Sequence record: PP968062.1
Length of the DNA: 64,000 nt
Strand: one strand, 5' to 3'
Shown here: positions 1-10,117 of the stretch, piece by piece
Layout: each line of letters starts with the position of its first letter
Position numbering within the stretch: the first letter of the stretch is position 1
Notes under the pieces: generated by a model
The model's database searches: none
Seen by the model: the letters and a program-made list of their open reading frames with translations, nothing else
Told to the model about the DNA's origin: nothing
Translations under genes and position numbers: made by a program

Positions 1-2190
1 ATGGAACTTATTTTATTCCGCGATGATTGGGAGAAGTTCCCAACCGCGATTGCGGATACCAAAACATCAAATAAAACCTTTCTAAAATTAGCGGCCCTTT
101 ATCGGGACGAACTCAAAATAGCAAACTGGAAATTCATTCTCACATTGCTTCAACCAGATCTCCAGGGCGTAGACCCTTATGACCCAGATCTAGATGATGC
201 AACTAAAATGAAGATCGCTTTGGAATGTAAATACAACCCTTGGTATTACTTCCGTGAAGTTGCCCGTGTCCCTGCGACATCTGGTAACGTTCCGAACCCA
301 TTCCGTGCTAACCGTGGTAACATTGCACTTTTCTGGTGCTTCTTTAACCACCTAGACTTTGGTCTGCTGCAACCGCGTCAGACTGGTAAATCTGTTTCAA
401 CCGATATCTTGATGACAGGCATGATGTATATCTGGGGTGAGAACACCACCATCAACCTGATCACTAAAGATAACAAACTCAGAACGGCGAACATTGAACG
501 TCTAAAGGTAATGCGAGATCTGCTACCTGACTACATTCACTGGGCTAACCCGAACGACGTTGACAACAACGAACTAATGACTTGCATTCGTCTGGGCAAC
601 CGCTACAAGACTGCTGTAGGCCGTAATGATAAGATTGCAGCTGACAAACTCGGTCGTGGTCTTACTGTACCGATCATGCAGTTCGACGAATTTGCATACA
701 TTAACTTGATTGAGATCTCTCTCCCGGTAGCTCTGGCTTCCGGTTCCGCGGCTCGTGCCGAAGCTAAGCGTCAGGGTCAACCCTACGGTAACATCTTCAC
801 AACAACTGCTGGCAACATTACTACTCGTGACGGTGCATTTGCATACAAGTTCATGACTGGCGGTCATACTTGGACTGAAACGATGTTTGACCTTGCAAAC
901 CAACGCATGGCCGTACTAGTAATGGAGAAAGGATCTAAGGCAGATCAGAAGCCTATCATCTACGGGGCATTCAACCACCGTCAATTGGGACGGACAGACG
1001 AATGGCTATTCCAAGAACTTAAAGAATCTAGCTCGTTCGGTGAAATTGCTGACCGTGACTTCTTTAACATCTGGACTGTTGGTGGTGAAGGTTCTCCCCT
1101 GTCTCCGGAACATAAGAAGCAATTGAAGGCTTCTGAACGTGAACCTGTGTGGACTGAGATTACTAACGATGGTTACACTATTCGTTGGTACATCCCGAAA
1201 CATGAAGTAGAACAACGACTGGCCGAAGGTCGGTTCATGATGGGTATGGACCCCAGTGAATTGCTGGGCAAAGATAACGACGCCACTGGTATGGTTGTCT
1301 TTGATGTAGAGACTCACGAAGTAATAGCAGCCGGCTGCTATAACGAAACCTCCGTCCCTGTCATCGCTGCATTCATTGGTACGCTATTGATTCGTTACCC
1401 CACGATTACCTGGGTACCTGAGCGTAAGTCCATGGGTACTGCTCTGATTGACTTCGTGGTGATGCAACTACACAAAGCTGGTATTGACCCGTTCCGTCGG
1501 ATCTTTAACCGAATTGTGGATGAGCACACTGTACTTGAATCTGAGTTCCGTGATATTCAGACTCCGCTGTCTCAACGTCCTGCATCGTTCTACGATCGCT
1601 TCAAACGTTACTTCGGTTTCAACACTTCTGGTTCGGGTCGTTACTCTCGTAACAGTCTGTTCCTGGAAGCACTACCGAGCGCAATGGATTACGGTAGCCG
1701 TCGTATGGCTGACAAGAAACTCATTACAGAGCTTCTGGCATTGACCATTAAGAACGGACGTATTGACCACACTCGGGATAACCACGATGACATGGTAATC
1801 TCGATGCTGCTGGCTCACTGGGTTTGCATCCGTGGACAGAACCTGTCCTACTACGGTATCAACCCGGCTACGATCTTCTCTCGTGCTGTTACACGTGATG
1901 TCGAGCTAACTGCTCTTGAGAAATATCGTGAAGACAAAGAGAAGCAAAACAAAGGTGAGTTCGAAGATCTCATCGCTCAGCTTAAAGGTGAGACGAATCC
2001 ATTCGTTATCACTAAGCTTGAAATGCGTCTGCGTAATCTGTCTAAGAGTATCAACATGGAAGAAGCTACAGGTGTCGGTATTGACGCAATGCTGAAACAA
2101 GTCCGTGATGATCGTACTCGTCGAGTTCGTACTTCTCGCTTCCAGCAAGAACGTAGTTTCAGTAACGTAGGTTTCTACGGACGCCGATAG
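1..2190 (+). CDS. terL: Terminase large subunit (phiKZ gp25-like)
   Basis: 729 aa; adenine-binding YYFREVARVP, Walker A QPRQTGKS, Walker B QFDEFA, RNase H-like nuclease acidic motifs GMDPS and HDDMVIS. Confidence 0.92.
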   Translation: MELILFRDDWEKFPTAIADTKTSNKTFLKLAALYRDELKIANWKFILTLLQPDLQGVDPYDPDLDDATKMKIALECKYNPWYYFREVARVPATSGNVPNPFRANRGNIALFWCFFNHLDFGLLQPRQTGKSVSTDILMTGMMYIWGENTTINLITKDNKLRTANIERLKVMRDLLPDYIHWANPNDVDNNELMTCIRLGNRYKTAVGRNDKIAADKLGRGLTVPIMQFDEFAYINLIEISLPVALASGSAARAEAKRQGQPYGNIFTTTAGNITTRDGAFAYKFMTGGHTWTETMFDLANQRMAVLVMEKGSKADQKPIIYGAFNHRQLGRTDEWLFQELKESSSFGEIADRDFFNIWTVGGEGSPLSPEHKKQLKASEREPVWTEITNDGYTIRWYIPKHEVEQRLAEGRFMMGMDPSELLGKDNDATGMVVFDVETHEVIAAGCYNETSVPVIAAFIGTLLIRYPTITWVPERKSMGTALIDFVVMQLHKAGIDPFRRIFNRIVDEHTVLESEFRDIQTPLSQRPASFYDRFKRYFGFNTSGSGRYSRNSLFLEALPSAMDYGSRRMADKKLITELLALTIKNGRIDHTRDNHDDMVISMLLAHWVCIRGQNLSYYGINPATIFSRAVTRDVELTALEKYREDKEKQNKGEFEDLIAQLKGETNPFVITKLEMRLRNLSKSINMEEATGVGIDAMLKQVRDDRTRRVRTSRFQQERSFSNVGFYGRR

Positions 2191-2230
2191 GCAACATAAA
2201 AGCCTTCCCCAACGGGAAGGCTTTATGTCG

Positions 2231-2725
2231 TTAGTCTCGTTGACCTAAAGAACATTGCTGTTCAAGACGACGTTTCTCTTTTTTAACGTTCGGCTTGGTT
2301 GGACGAGCAATAATTCGGTAACCATCTACACCAACACGAATCAGACCACGAATGATCGGATTGACTTTGGATACTTTAAGAGCTTCATAGAAAATATGAT
2401 CGATCTCTTTCCGAGTGATCTTAACTTCCATAGCAGTTCCATTCACCATCTGGAGGATAGTGTAAGTTTCACAAAGCTTGTCATGTAGTGCAGCTGCTTG
2501 ACCATGCTTGCCTAACCGTGGAATCAACCAACGTACAGGACGAGGGATAGATGCACCATCGGTCAGGAAGCATTTGTTAACAATAGCAAACTTACCGGAG
2601 CCTTCACTTCCAATGTCGTATTGGAAGGTCTCCATAATTCGCCAATAGTCGTCACCGAGAATAGCCGATGCATCATCGTCATATTGGATAGACATCTTAG
2701 CGTTGAACTTAGTGTAGCTACTCAT
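2231..2725 (-). CDS. DUF1353 family protein
   Basis: FLTDGASIPRPVRWL and AAALHDKL motifs; start placed at the ATG following GGAG. Confidence 0.8.
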   Translation of the reverse strand: MSSYTKFNAKMSIQYDDDASAILGDDYWRIMETFQYDIGSEGSGKFAIVNKCFLTDGASIPRPVRWLIPRLGKHGQAAALHDKLCETYTILQMVNGTAMEVKITRKEIDHIFYEALKVSKVNPIIRGLIRVGVDGYRIIARPTKPNVKKEKRRLEQQCSLGQRD

Positions 2726-2755
2726 TACAATCTCCATCAATTACAGAAGATTATG

Positions 2756-3280
2756 TTAGCGCCTCGCCCAGTATTGCAGGCTGTAACCAAGTCCAGGATT
2801 TCGAACAGCTTGTGTTACGCCAGGGAACTTAGAAATGAATCGCCACTTAATGGGATCCAGATATTCGTCGAACCGCGCAACTTCAGTTACGTCATCGGGA
2901 GAACAATCAATGTCCATATCCACAACCGTGCGATAGAACTCACTACAACGAGTGAGACCATCTTTAAATAGTCGTTCTCCACCAATGATGAAAACTTTCT
3001 TTTCATTTTGGGATAGCTCCAATGCTTCATCGAGAGATTTAACATGGACGTATCCTTCACCTTTTAGATTCTCCGCGTTGGAAGACAGAACATAGTTAGT
3101 ACGACCAGGGAGAGGCTTATTGCCAAGCGACTCCCATGTCTTACGACCCATCACTACCGCATGTCCAAAAGTCTTATCTTTAAACCATTTGAAGTCTTCT
3201 GGAATATGCCACGGAATTTCTCCGTTAACCCCAATGACACCATTAGTAGACACTGCAAAAATCATTGCGAGAATGGGCAT
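2756..3280 (-). CDS. folA: Dihydrofolate reductase
   Basis: GVIGVNGEIPWHIPEDFKWFK, VVMGRKTWESL, PLPGRTNYVLS, FIIGGERLF. Confidence 0.96.
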   Translation of the reverse strand: MPILAMIFAVSTNGVIGVNGEIPWHIPEDFKWFKDKTFGHAVVMGRKTWESLGNKPLPGRTNYVLSSNAENLKGEGYVHVKSLDEALELSQNEKKVFIIGGERLFKDGLTRCSEFYRTVVDMDIDCSPDDVTEVARFDEYLDPIKWRFISKFPGVTQAVRNPGLGYSLQYWARR

Positions 3281-3290
3281 GTTAACTCAC

Positions 3291-3872
3291 TTATTCAGCG
3301 AACTTGACGTTGAGGGTGGAGGGAGTCCAGTGGAAAGTGTATTCGGTATCAAAGGTACCACGGAAGCCATCGCATTGTTCATGTAGGTTAGCAATACAGT
3401 GGCTGAGAGCGATCTGCTGTAGTACAGAGAAATGGTTCAAAGAGAACTCGAATTCTTTAGTGCCGATAGTCGATTCAGGATCGAACTCAGGATGAACTTC
3501 TACAATCGACTTGTGAGACAGCGTACCACGGAAGGTAGCGCGGTTCCCACTTGGATGTACGTCAATGAAGTACTCGGTGATAACGAAACCTTTCTGACCA
3601 ACTTCTTCCATATCGGTCAACATGTATTGCGAGATAAGGAAAAGTTGAGGGGCCATTTGCAACGACGGATGTTTACCCGTAAGAGTATCAATCAGATTAG
3701 ACAACTGAGAGAAGTGTAGTGTGTGGGCTTGACCTTCGTTATCTAGGATAGTGAGCTCACGAGACATCATGGTCTCAGTGGCACCATCCACGGTGTGTTC
3801 AAACATAAGACCTTTAGTGATCTTATCGAACGTATCCATTACATCGGGGAAGGGGTAGTTAACAGCAGTCAT
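3291..3872 (-). CDS. chmB: ChmB-like phage-nucleus shell-associated protein (gp2 family)
   Basis: 193 aa, MTAVNYPF...FDKITKGL...EYTFHWTP closely matches my recollection of Pseudomonas phage PA1C gp2; next to DHFR as in phiKZ-like genomes; not verified by search. Confidence 0.72.
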   Translation of the reverse strand: MTAVNYPFPDVMDTFDKITKGLMFEHTVDGATETMMSRELTILDNEGQAHTLHFSQLSNLIDTLTGKHPSLQMAPQLFLISQYMLTDMEEVGQKGFVITEYFIDVHPSGNRATFRGTLSHKSIVEVHPEFDPESTIGTKEFEFSLNHFSVLQQIALSHCIANLHEQCDGFRGTFDTEYTFHWTPSTLNVKFAE

Positions 3873-4270
3873 TTCTTGGCTCCAGGTTTAACATCAACAA
3901 CTTTCTTGAAAATAGCTTCGAATTCTTTCTTGTGGTGGAGTACGTAGCTAAGAATACGTTTCTTATCATCGCGGATGAATTCGATATAATCACCAGGACA
4001 AACAACCGATGGACTTTCGTTGGTACGGATCTTCAGGATACCGTGTTTACCATAATAGTCGTTACAGATGACACACCTATCAGAAGCAAGTTCCGAACCA
4101 TAGCTTGGATGTCGGCCTACAACATTCCCCTCGTTGATCCCGTTGACAGTGCGGTCCATGGGGTGGTCACCATTTTTAAACCACTGGTGCGCTTCTACTA
4201 AGGGTAAAATAGCTTGATAAAAAGGCATTTGAATTCTCCAAATTGGTATAAATAGCATATCCTTTTCCAC
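3869..4270 (-). CDS. Conserved phage protein (AHQWFKNGDHP...VCPGDYI type)
   Basis: 133 aa, overlaps next gene by 4 nt; Cys/His-containing motif. Confidence 0.7.
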   Translation of the reverse strand: MEKDMLFIPIWRIQMPFYQAILPLVEAHQWFKNGDHPMDRTVNGINEGNVVGRHPSYGSELASDRCVICNDYYGKHGILKIRTNESPSVVCPGDYIEFIRDDKKRILSYVLHHKKEFEAIFKKVVDVKPGAKK

Positions 4271-4426
4271 CTCAGTAGTTCTTCTTTTTAGGAGTGGTAT
4301 GTTATGCTGTTGGAAGATTTAAACTTCCTTAATAACCAAGTGATCGTAAAAAATACTTGTATGAATTTAGATATGTTAGAATTCATCAACTTACGTTTTA
4401 CGCAATAAACAACTGGAAAAATAGAG

Positions 4427-6712
4427 ATGATCGAGACTATTATCAAACTGGACGGCACCGAACAACCCTTCGATAACGAGAAAGCAAATGGTTGGGGTGA
4501 GTGGGCTGCCGCACGCTTGGGTAACAAGGTTGACTGGGGTAGCATCGTTCTGGGTGCGGTCAGTGGTAAACCGAAGAAAGTTACTTCTCAAGAATTCCAG
4601 GGCTGGCTGATTGAAGAATGTCTTAATCGTAAGACTTGGTCGTACTACCTCATGGCTGGTCGACTCTACGCGGTTCTGCTCCGCAAGAAGATTTATGGTC
4701 CGGATGGTATCCCGACTGTTAAAGCTCTGCAAGCCAAGATGCTTGCTGATGGTGTAATGATTAAGCTCGACTACAGCGATGCTGAGTTCGAAGCTATTGA
4801 AGCAATGATCGACCATGACCTCGATTTCAACTCTCCTCACTTTGCCCTGCATCACATTCGTGGTAAGTACTCCCTGCGTAACCGCGTAACTGGTAAAGAG
4901 TACGAGACCCAACAATTTACTTACATGCGTATGGCAATGGCCCTGTCCGAGAAAGAGCCTAAAGCTGAACGCCTTGAACACGTGAAGAACTACTATGAGC
5001 TCTTCTCTCAGAAACAACTGTCGGCGCCTACTCCTAACTACGTTAACCTTGGCACTGTACTCAGGGGCTTTGCTTCTTGCTGCCTCTTCGCTTCTGGTGA
5101 CAATGGTACTTCGCTGGCTATCGGAGACTACATCGCGAACATCATGACCCAGTCTTCGGCTGGCATCGGTGTTAACATCATGTCTCGTTCGATCGGTGAT
5201 CCTATCCGTAACGGTCTGATCGTTCACCAAGGCAAGAAGCCTTACATCGACGTAATGGGTAAAGCTGTTCGTGCTAACCTGCAAAACGGTCGTGGTGGCG
5301 CGGTAACTAGCTTCTACAGTCTGTTCGACCCTGAAGCTGACATGATCTCTCAACTGCGTAACCCGCGTTCGACTGAAGACCGTAAGAATCGTGACCTGCA
5401 CTATGCTGCAATGGGTAACGTTCTCTTTGCTGCTAAGGCTGCTAAGAACGAGAAGATCTTTGTGTTCAACCCGTATACTGCACCAGATCTGTTCGAAGCC
5501 TTCTACGGTAAAGACCAAACTCGCTTCAAAGAGCTGTATGAGAAATATGAAGCTGATGAATCGTTCGTTAAGAACTACATCGATGCTCGTGAACTTCTGA
5601 AAGTTGTTCTGAACGAAGCCTATGAGACTGGTGTTGCATACACCGCTCAGATCGACGAAATGAACCGTCATACTCCGTTCAAAGAACCGATCCATAGTTC
5701 TAACCTCTGCATGGAAATTGCTGAGCCTACCAAACCCTACTACGATATGCGTGACCTCTATTCCGAGGAAGACCATGGTCGTGGTGAGATCGCTACTTGT
5801 TCTCTGGCTGCAATCGTTGTTGATAACATCCCCGATGCTGCAACCTATCGTAAGGCTGCGTACTATGCATTGAAGATGATTGACTACTGTATTCTGAACG
5901 CCGAGTATGCATTCCCGCACTTGGGCTTCACTGCTAAGAAACGTATGAGTGCAGGTGTTGGTATCATGGGTCTGGCAACTCACATGGCTCGTGCTGGTCT
6001 GGCTTATTCTTCGGAAGCTGGTAAGCGGGAGATGCACTTCGTTGCAGAACGTCACATGTATCACCTGATCGAAGCTTCTCTACGTATTTCCAAAGAACGT
6101 GGTCTGGCTCCGTGGATGCATAAGACTCTGTGGCCTGAAGGTTGGTTGCCTCTCGATACCTACAAGCGCAACATTGATGAAATTGTACCTGGTGGTTTCG
6201 AGAACATCTACAACTGGGAACGTCTCCGTAAAGAAATCATTGCTAACGGCGGCATCGGTCACTCGGTACTCGTAGCCTACATGCCTGGCGAAGCCTCGTC
6301 TAAAGCTGTTGGTGGTGCTAACTCGATCTATCCAGTTCGTCGTCTTGTTATCAATAAGTCGGACAACAACAACCTGATCAACTGGGCTGCTCCGTTTGGT
6401 GATGATAAGAACTATAATTACGAACTGGCTTACGACATCCCCACTAAGGACATGATCGAAGCTTACGCTATCTTCCAGAAGTGGACTGACCAAGGTATCT
6501 CTGCTGACCTGTATCGTCGAATCGTTGGTGATGAGAAGATCAGTTCTAACGAAATGCTGCGTGATTACTTCCTGCAAGTTAAACTGGGTATGAAGACTCG
6601 CTACTACATGAATACCGAGACTTCCGCTAACCTGTCTCTGGCTGCATTGGATTCCGCGTTCGAAAACAACGATGGTTCCAAAGGCTGTGCTGGTGGTGCC
6701 TGTACTCTGTAA
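4427..6712 (+). CDS. nrdA: Ribonucleotide reductase class Ia alpha subunit
   Basis: ASCC, SNLCMEI, TCSLAA, RYYM and C-terminal CAGGAC catalytic motifs. Confidence 0.97.
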   Translation: MIETIIKLDGTEQPFDNEKANGWGEWAAARLGNKVDWGSIVLGAVSGKPKKVTSQEFQGWLIEECLNRKTWSYYLMAGRLYAVLLRKKIYGPDGIPTVKALQAKMLADGVMIKLDYSDAEFEAIEAMIDHDLDFNSPHFALHHIRGKYSLRNRVTGKEYETQQFTYMRMAMALSEKEPKAERLEHVKNYYELFSQKQLSAPTPNYVNLGTVLRGFASCCLFASGDNGTSLAIGDYIANIMTQSSAGIGVNIMSRSIGDPIRNGLIVHQGKKPYIDVMGKAVRANLQNGRGGAVTSFYSLFDPEADMISQLRNPRSTEDRKNRDLHYAAMGNVLFAAKAAKNEKIFVFNPYTAPDLFEAFYGKDQTRFKELYEKYEADESFVKNYIDARELLKVVLNEAYETGVAYTAQIDEMNRHTPFKEPIHSSNLCMEIAEPTKPYYDMRDLYSEEDHGRGEIATCSLAAIVVDNIPDAATYRKAAYYALKMIDYCILNAEYAFPHLGFTAKKRMSAGVGIMGLATHMARAGLAYSSEAGKREMHFVAERHMYHLIEASLRISKERGLAPWMHKTLWPEGWLPLDTYKRNIDEIVPGGFENIYNWERLRKEIIANGGIGHSVLVAYMPGEASSKAVGGANSIYPVRRLVINKSDNNNLINWAAPFGDDKNYNYELAYDIPTKDMIEAYAIFQKWTDQGISADLYRRIVGDEKISSNEMLRDYFLQVKLGMKTRYYMNTETSANLSLAALDSAFENNDGSKGCAGGACTL

Positions 6713-6860
6713 CGACATATTGCCCTCCCTTTGGGGAGGGCTTTATGATGCAATCTACTGACGGCTCGTGGATTGGATATCAAGCTTAAGGCATCTGTCT
6801 AAAAATTACTAATGATCCATATCAATTGTAAGCACTTATACCCTCAACAAGGAAACTGAA

Positions 6861-8018
6861 ATGAGCGACAAACTCCCTGCAAAGATTTTCAACGTAAATA
6901 AGTCTGACTACGATGTACCCGAAATCATTCTGGGTCAAGAACCTGGACTACTGGATTCCATCCATACACACTTCCCGGTACCGTGGTCTCTGTACAAACG
7001 TCTCCGTAAACTTGACTGGGACGAACTCGAATTTGACTTCCAACAATGCCTGGTAGAATTCGAGACCTGTAACAAATCGACTTACGACATGATGATCAAA
7101 ACCCTTGCATGGCAATGGGAAGCTGACTCTGTTGCTAGTCGCGCTATCGTTAACATCCTGGGTCCGGTAATGACCGACTCTCGTATCTGGACTGGTTACG
7201 TCCGTATCAACGATAACGAAGATATCCATGCTCTGACCTATTCTGAGATCGTTCGTGGTTCGTTCAAGAACCCGCGTGTGATCCTCGATGAAATCCTGCG
7301 TGTTGAAGAAGCTCAGGAACGTATGGTTGCTGTTGCTCGGGTAATGGGTGAGGCTCATGACACTTCTCATGCTTATGCACTGAAGCAAGTACCGAACGAC
7401 CAAGATACCTACAACAAGATCTTCATGTTCTTTATCGCTCTCTACATGCTGGAGCGCATTCAGTTCATGGCATCGTTTGCCGTAACCTTTGCTATTTGCA
7501 AAACTGGTCTGTTCCAACAGATCGGCGAAGCCGTGAAGAAGATTGCTCAAGATGAGTTCGAGATTCACGCTCAGTACGGCCAAGAAGTTATCAAGGCTCT
7601 CCTGAAGACTGAACGTGGCATGACTGCTTATGCGCAATGCAAACCACAAATCATCGAACTATTCTGGGAAATCATTCGAACTGAAGTTACCTGGGTTAAG
7701 TACCTGTTCTCTGAAGGTCGTAGCCTTGCTGGTGTTAACGCACAGAAACTGTTCCAATGGGTTCTGTTCAACGGTAACGCAGCTGGTACTTTCCTGAACA
7801 TCATTCCCGAGACTCTGACCGCACATAGCCAAGAGTATCTGGAACTGACTGGTGTACCGCTGGAATTCCCGGAAGACAACCCGCTTCCGTTCATGGTTGA
7901 ATATCTCGACATCTCTGCAACGCAAGCCTCCCCGCAAGAAGCTGAGAAAGGCGACTACATGGTCAACCTTCTCGATACTCGTGGTGAGAAAGCTGAATTC
8001 GACGTGGACTTCTTATAA
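6861..8018 (+). CDS. nrdB: Ribonucleotide reductase class Ia beta subunit
   Basis: Di-iron ligands and radical Tyr: WEADSVA, NEDIHALTY, LERIQF, DEFEIH. Confidence 0.96.
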   Translation: MSDKLPAKIFNVNKSDYDVPEIILGQEPGLLDSIHTHFPVPWSLYKRLRKLDWDELEFDFQQCLVEFETCNKSTYDMMIKTLAWQWEADSVASRAIVNILGPVMTDSRIWTGYVRINDNEDIHALTYSEIVRGSFKNPRVILDEILRVEEAQERMVAVARVMGEAHDTSHAYALKQVPNDQDTYNKIFMFFIALYMLERIQFMASFAVTFAICKTGLFQQIGEAVKKIAQDEFEIHAQYGQEVIKALLKTERGMTAYAQCKPQIIELFWEIIRTEVTWVKYLFSEGRSLAGVNAQKLFQWVLFNGNAAGTFLNIIPETLTAHSQEYLELTGVPLEFPEDNPLPFMVEYLDISATQASPQEAEKGDYMVNLLDTRGEKAEFDVDFL

Positions 8019-8431
8019 TGAGAAAGATCACTCTTGCTGTAGCTCTCGCCTTCCCCCTGGTTGCTCTTGCAGCTGGGGAGATCAAAACCTCCACTACCGG
8101 TATCGTTAAGCAATCGGAATGTCAGTTGGTTGCTAAAGATAACAGTATCGTTGGTGCAACTGTAGGTGGTACTGCCGGGGCCGTTGGTGGTGCAATGCTT
8201 GGTCGTGCCATCTTCGGTAAGAATGGTGGTTGGGTAGGTGGTCTCATTGGCGGTGCCGCAGGTGGCGCAGTCGGTAACGAAATGGGAGCCACTGAAACCT
8301 TTCAGTGTAAGATGATCATCGAGTCTGATGGCAAACAACATCTTGTACAAACCATCGCTAACAAGAAACCAGAAGTAGGTAAATCCGTAACCGTTCTTGA
8401 AATGGTGGATGGTACACGCGAGATCATGTAA
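8018..8431 (+). CDS. Secreted glycine-zipper membrane protein
   Basis: Signal peptide MRKITLAVALAFPLVALA; GATVGGTAGAVGGAMLG and GGLIGGAAGGAVG repeats. Confidence 0.8.
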   Translation: MRKITLAVALAFPLVALAAGEIKTSTTGIVKQSECQLVAKDNSIVGATVGGTAGAVGGAMLGRAIFGKNGGWVGGLIGGAAGGAVGNEMGATETFQCKMIIESDGKQHLVQTIANKKPEVGKSVTVLEMVDGTREIM

Positions 8432-8464
8432 TCATACTGCCCTCCTTCGGGAGGGCTTTATGTT

Positions 8465-9211
8465 ATGTCAATTCTAACGGTTGCTATCACGATGAACTCT
8501 TTATTGCAGTTTGCGATTTCTCTCGAAGCGGAAATGGATGATCTCATCAATCAGTTGTTTGATGAAGTCAACAACCCTCGACAAGATCGCCCTTATGATG
8601 TTTGGGTAGACCCAACTCCAACTGAGAGTTTATCTACGCCAACTACAACAGAACTCATTAATAACATCGACGACATGTGGACGTATTACAATCGTTCAGG
8701 TCGTTCTAATGTTAAAGCTTACAAATATGGTCCGGATTGGATTCTCGTGGAATTCGGTGGCGAGGTATATTACCTTTACACGTTGAAGAGCATCACTGAG
8801 ATTCAGCTACAAGACATGAAATATTTTGCTGATGGTGGTTCGGGTTTGAACAGCTATATTAGTAAAGTAATTCGTGGTGGCTACGTAGCTAAGAACATCA
8901 ATAATGAAATCGTTATTACTCCCGGCTTTGAAGCTTATAAGAGTAATGTCCCTGCGATCTTCATCCATGTACGAAATAAAGAACAGGTAACAGACATGAC
9001 TACTCTCACTACTCTAACTGGTTATAAAGCAGCTATCGAAGCGGCTGGTCTTGATGGTCTTACTCCCGAAGCACGGAAGGTTATGCAAGTTGGTCTTGCT
9101 CAGATCGACAAAGAAACAGGCTTTACCAGCGTAGCTACTGAGAACTTCGAAGAGCGAATCGCAGTAGAACAAATCGATGAACGTATTGCGTTTATTAGTG
9201 CTGAAGAATAA
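8465..9211 (+). CDS. Probable head protein with KTSC-like domain
   Basis: YYNRSGRSNVKAYKYG...VEFGG...YYLY...GSGLNSYI resembles KTSC-like domains; SLE and ATE motifs resemble phiKZ prohead-protease sites. Confidence 0.55.
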   Translation: MSILTVAITMNSLLQFAISLEAEMDDLINQLFDEVNNPRQDRPYDVWVDPTPTESLSTPTTTELINNIDDMWTYYNRSGRSNVKAYKYGPDWILVEFGGEVYYLYTLKSITEIQLQDMKYFADGGSGLNSYISKVIRGGYVAKNINNEIVITPGFEAYKSNVPAIFIHVRNKEQVTDMTTLTTLTGYKAAIEAAGLDGLTPEARKVMQVGLAQIDKETGFTSVATENFEERIAVEQIDERIAFISAEE

Positions 9212-9230
9212 CTTACTCAGTATGTAATGA

Positions 9231-9385
9231 TATGTAGAGATGTCACTCCTCGTCCCTACATGAACCGCAGCGCGCCGGAGCCAACAACCCTTCCAGTTGG
9301 CTTCTAGGAAGTAAGACTCCCTGTTGCGGTTCCCCTCCTTTCAGTTGGTAAGTTGTATCTTTCTCCTTGTTGTGTTGATGAGCAT
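9231..9385 (+). ncRNA. Candidate structured ncRNA A
   Basis: No ORF; TATG motif upstream, terminator downstream; helices GAACCGCAGC/GTTGCGGTTC, GAGCCAAC/GTTGGCTT, ATGTAG/CTACAT. Confidence 0.55.
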
Positions 9386-9450
9386 ACTGCCTCCCAGTCG
9401 GGAGGCTTTATGTTATATTTATACTTGCTAACATCTTCATATAGAACAAT

Positions 9451-9535
9451 GCCCGGTTGGTGAAATGGTAGTACACAAGAGACTTAAAATCTCTCGGCGA
9501 AAGCCGTGTCGGTTCGAGTCCGACACCGGGTACCA
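9451..9535 (+). tRNA. tRNA-Leu(UAA)
   Basis: Cloverleaf, anticodon arm AGAGA-CTTAAAA-TCTCT, long variable arm, GTTCGAGTC, CCA end. Confidence 0.96.
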
Positions 9536-9593
9536 ATTCAGATATAATGCCTTCCCTTGTGGAAGGTTTTATATTGTCATTAAGAGAGTAAAC

Positions 9594-9821
9594 ATGAATA
9601 CCGTTGCAATGTTAGTACTATCGATCCAAGTTGGTTTCTTTGGATTTACTACAACGAGCGAGTCCAAGATTGAATTCGAGAATAGAAGGCAGTGCATCTC
9701 TCATCTTGATATCCTAGAAAAGAAATACGGTCACCACGAGATCACACGAAATGAATCTACTCTCAAAGTAACAGACCACAGTAATCATGCGATTACCATT
9801 TTTAAATGTCCTACGAGGTGA
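9594..9821 (+). CDS. Small secreted or membrane protein
   Basis: Hydrophobic N-terminus, two Cys, RBS-like GAGAG. Confidence 0.65.
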   Translation: MNTVAMLVLSIQVGFFGFTTTSESKIEFENRRQCISHLDILEKKYGHHEITRNESTLKVTDHSNHAITIFKCPTR

Positions 9822-9825
9822 CGAA

Positions 9826-10113
9826 ATGGAACACCAAGAACAAGTAAGTCTTATTAAGTCTCTCCTGCAATCTGCTTACGATCTAACATTCAATCCTGAA
9901 AAGCGTGGTGGTGCAGTAGGTCCTGATTGGAAGAAGCTAACTGAAGAAGTTGTACTCTTCCCGAATGGATTGGATATTACCATCAATGCGATCACCCGTG
10001 CTATTAAATGGGAACTCATCGATGGACGTGTTGCCAACATCACCTACGTTGAAGCCATGTTCTTTAATAAAGGACTCAAGGCTATCAAAGACTACCTGAA
10101 CGGAACGGAGTAA
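9826..10113 (+). CDS. Hypothetical protein
   Basis: GAGG RBS before ATG; operon packing. Confidence 0.7.
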   Translation: MEHQEQVSLIKSLLQSAYDLTFNPEKRGGAVGPDWKKLTEEVVLFPNGLDITINAITRAIKWELIDGRVANITYVEAMFFNKGLKAIKDYLNGTE

Positions 10114-10117
10114 AACA

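Noticed and set aside
4391-6064. 557-aa antisense ORF over nrdA, and similar shadows over nrdB and across the minus-strand early region
   Set aside because: Expected from strong codon bias of the real gene; no RBS, no motifs, protein-unlike composition
1-8018. Introns or inteins in terL, nrdA or nrdB
   Set aside because: ORFs are continuous, of normal length, with no intein splice motifs seen
9465-9593. ORF-track extensions and ORFs running through tRNA genes (also 15542-15739)
   Set aside because: They overlap clear cloverleaf tRNAs; downstream ATGs with RBS are better starts
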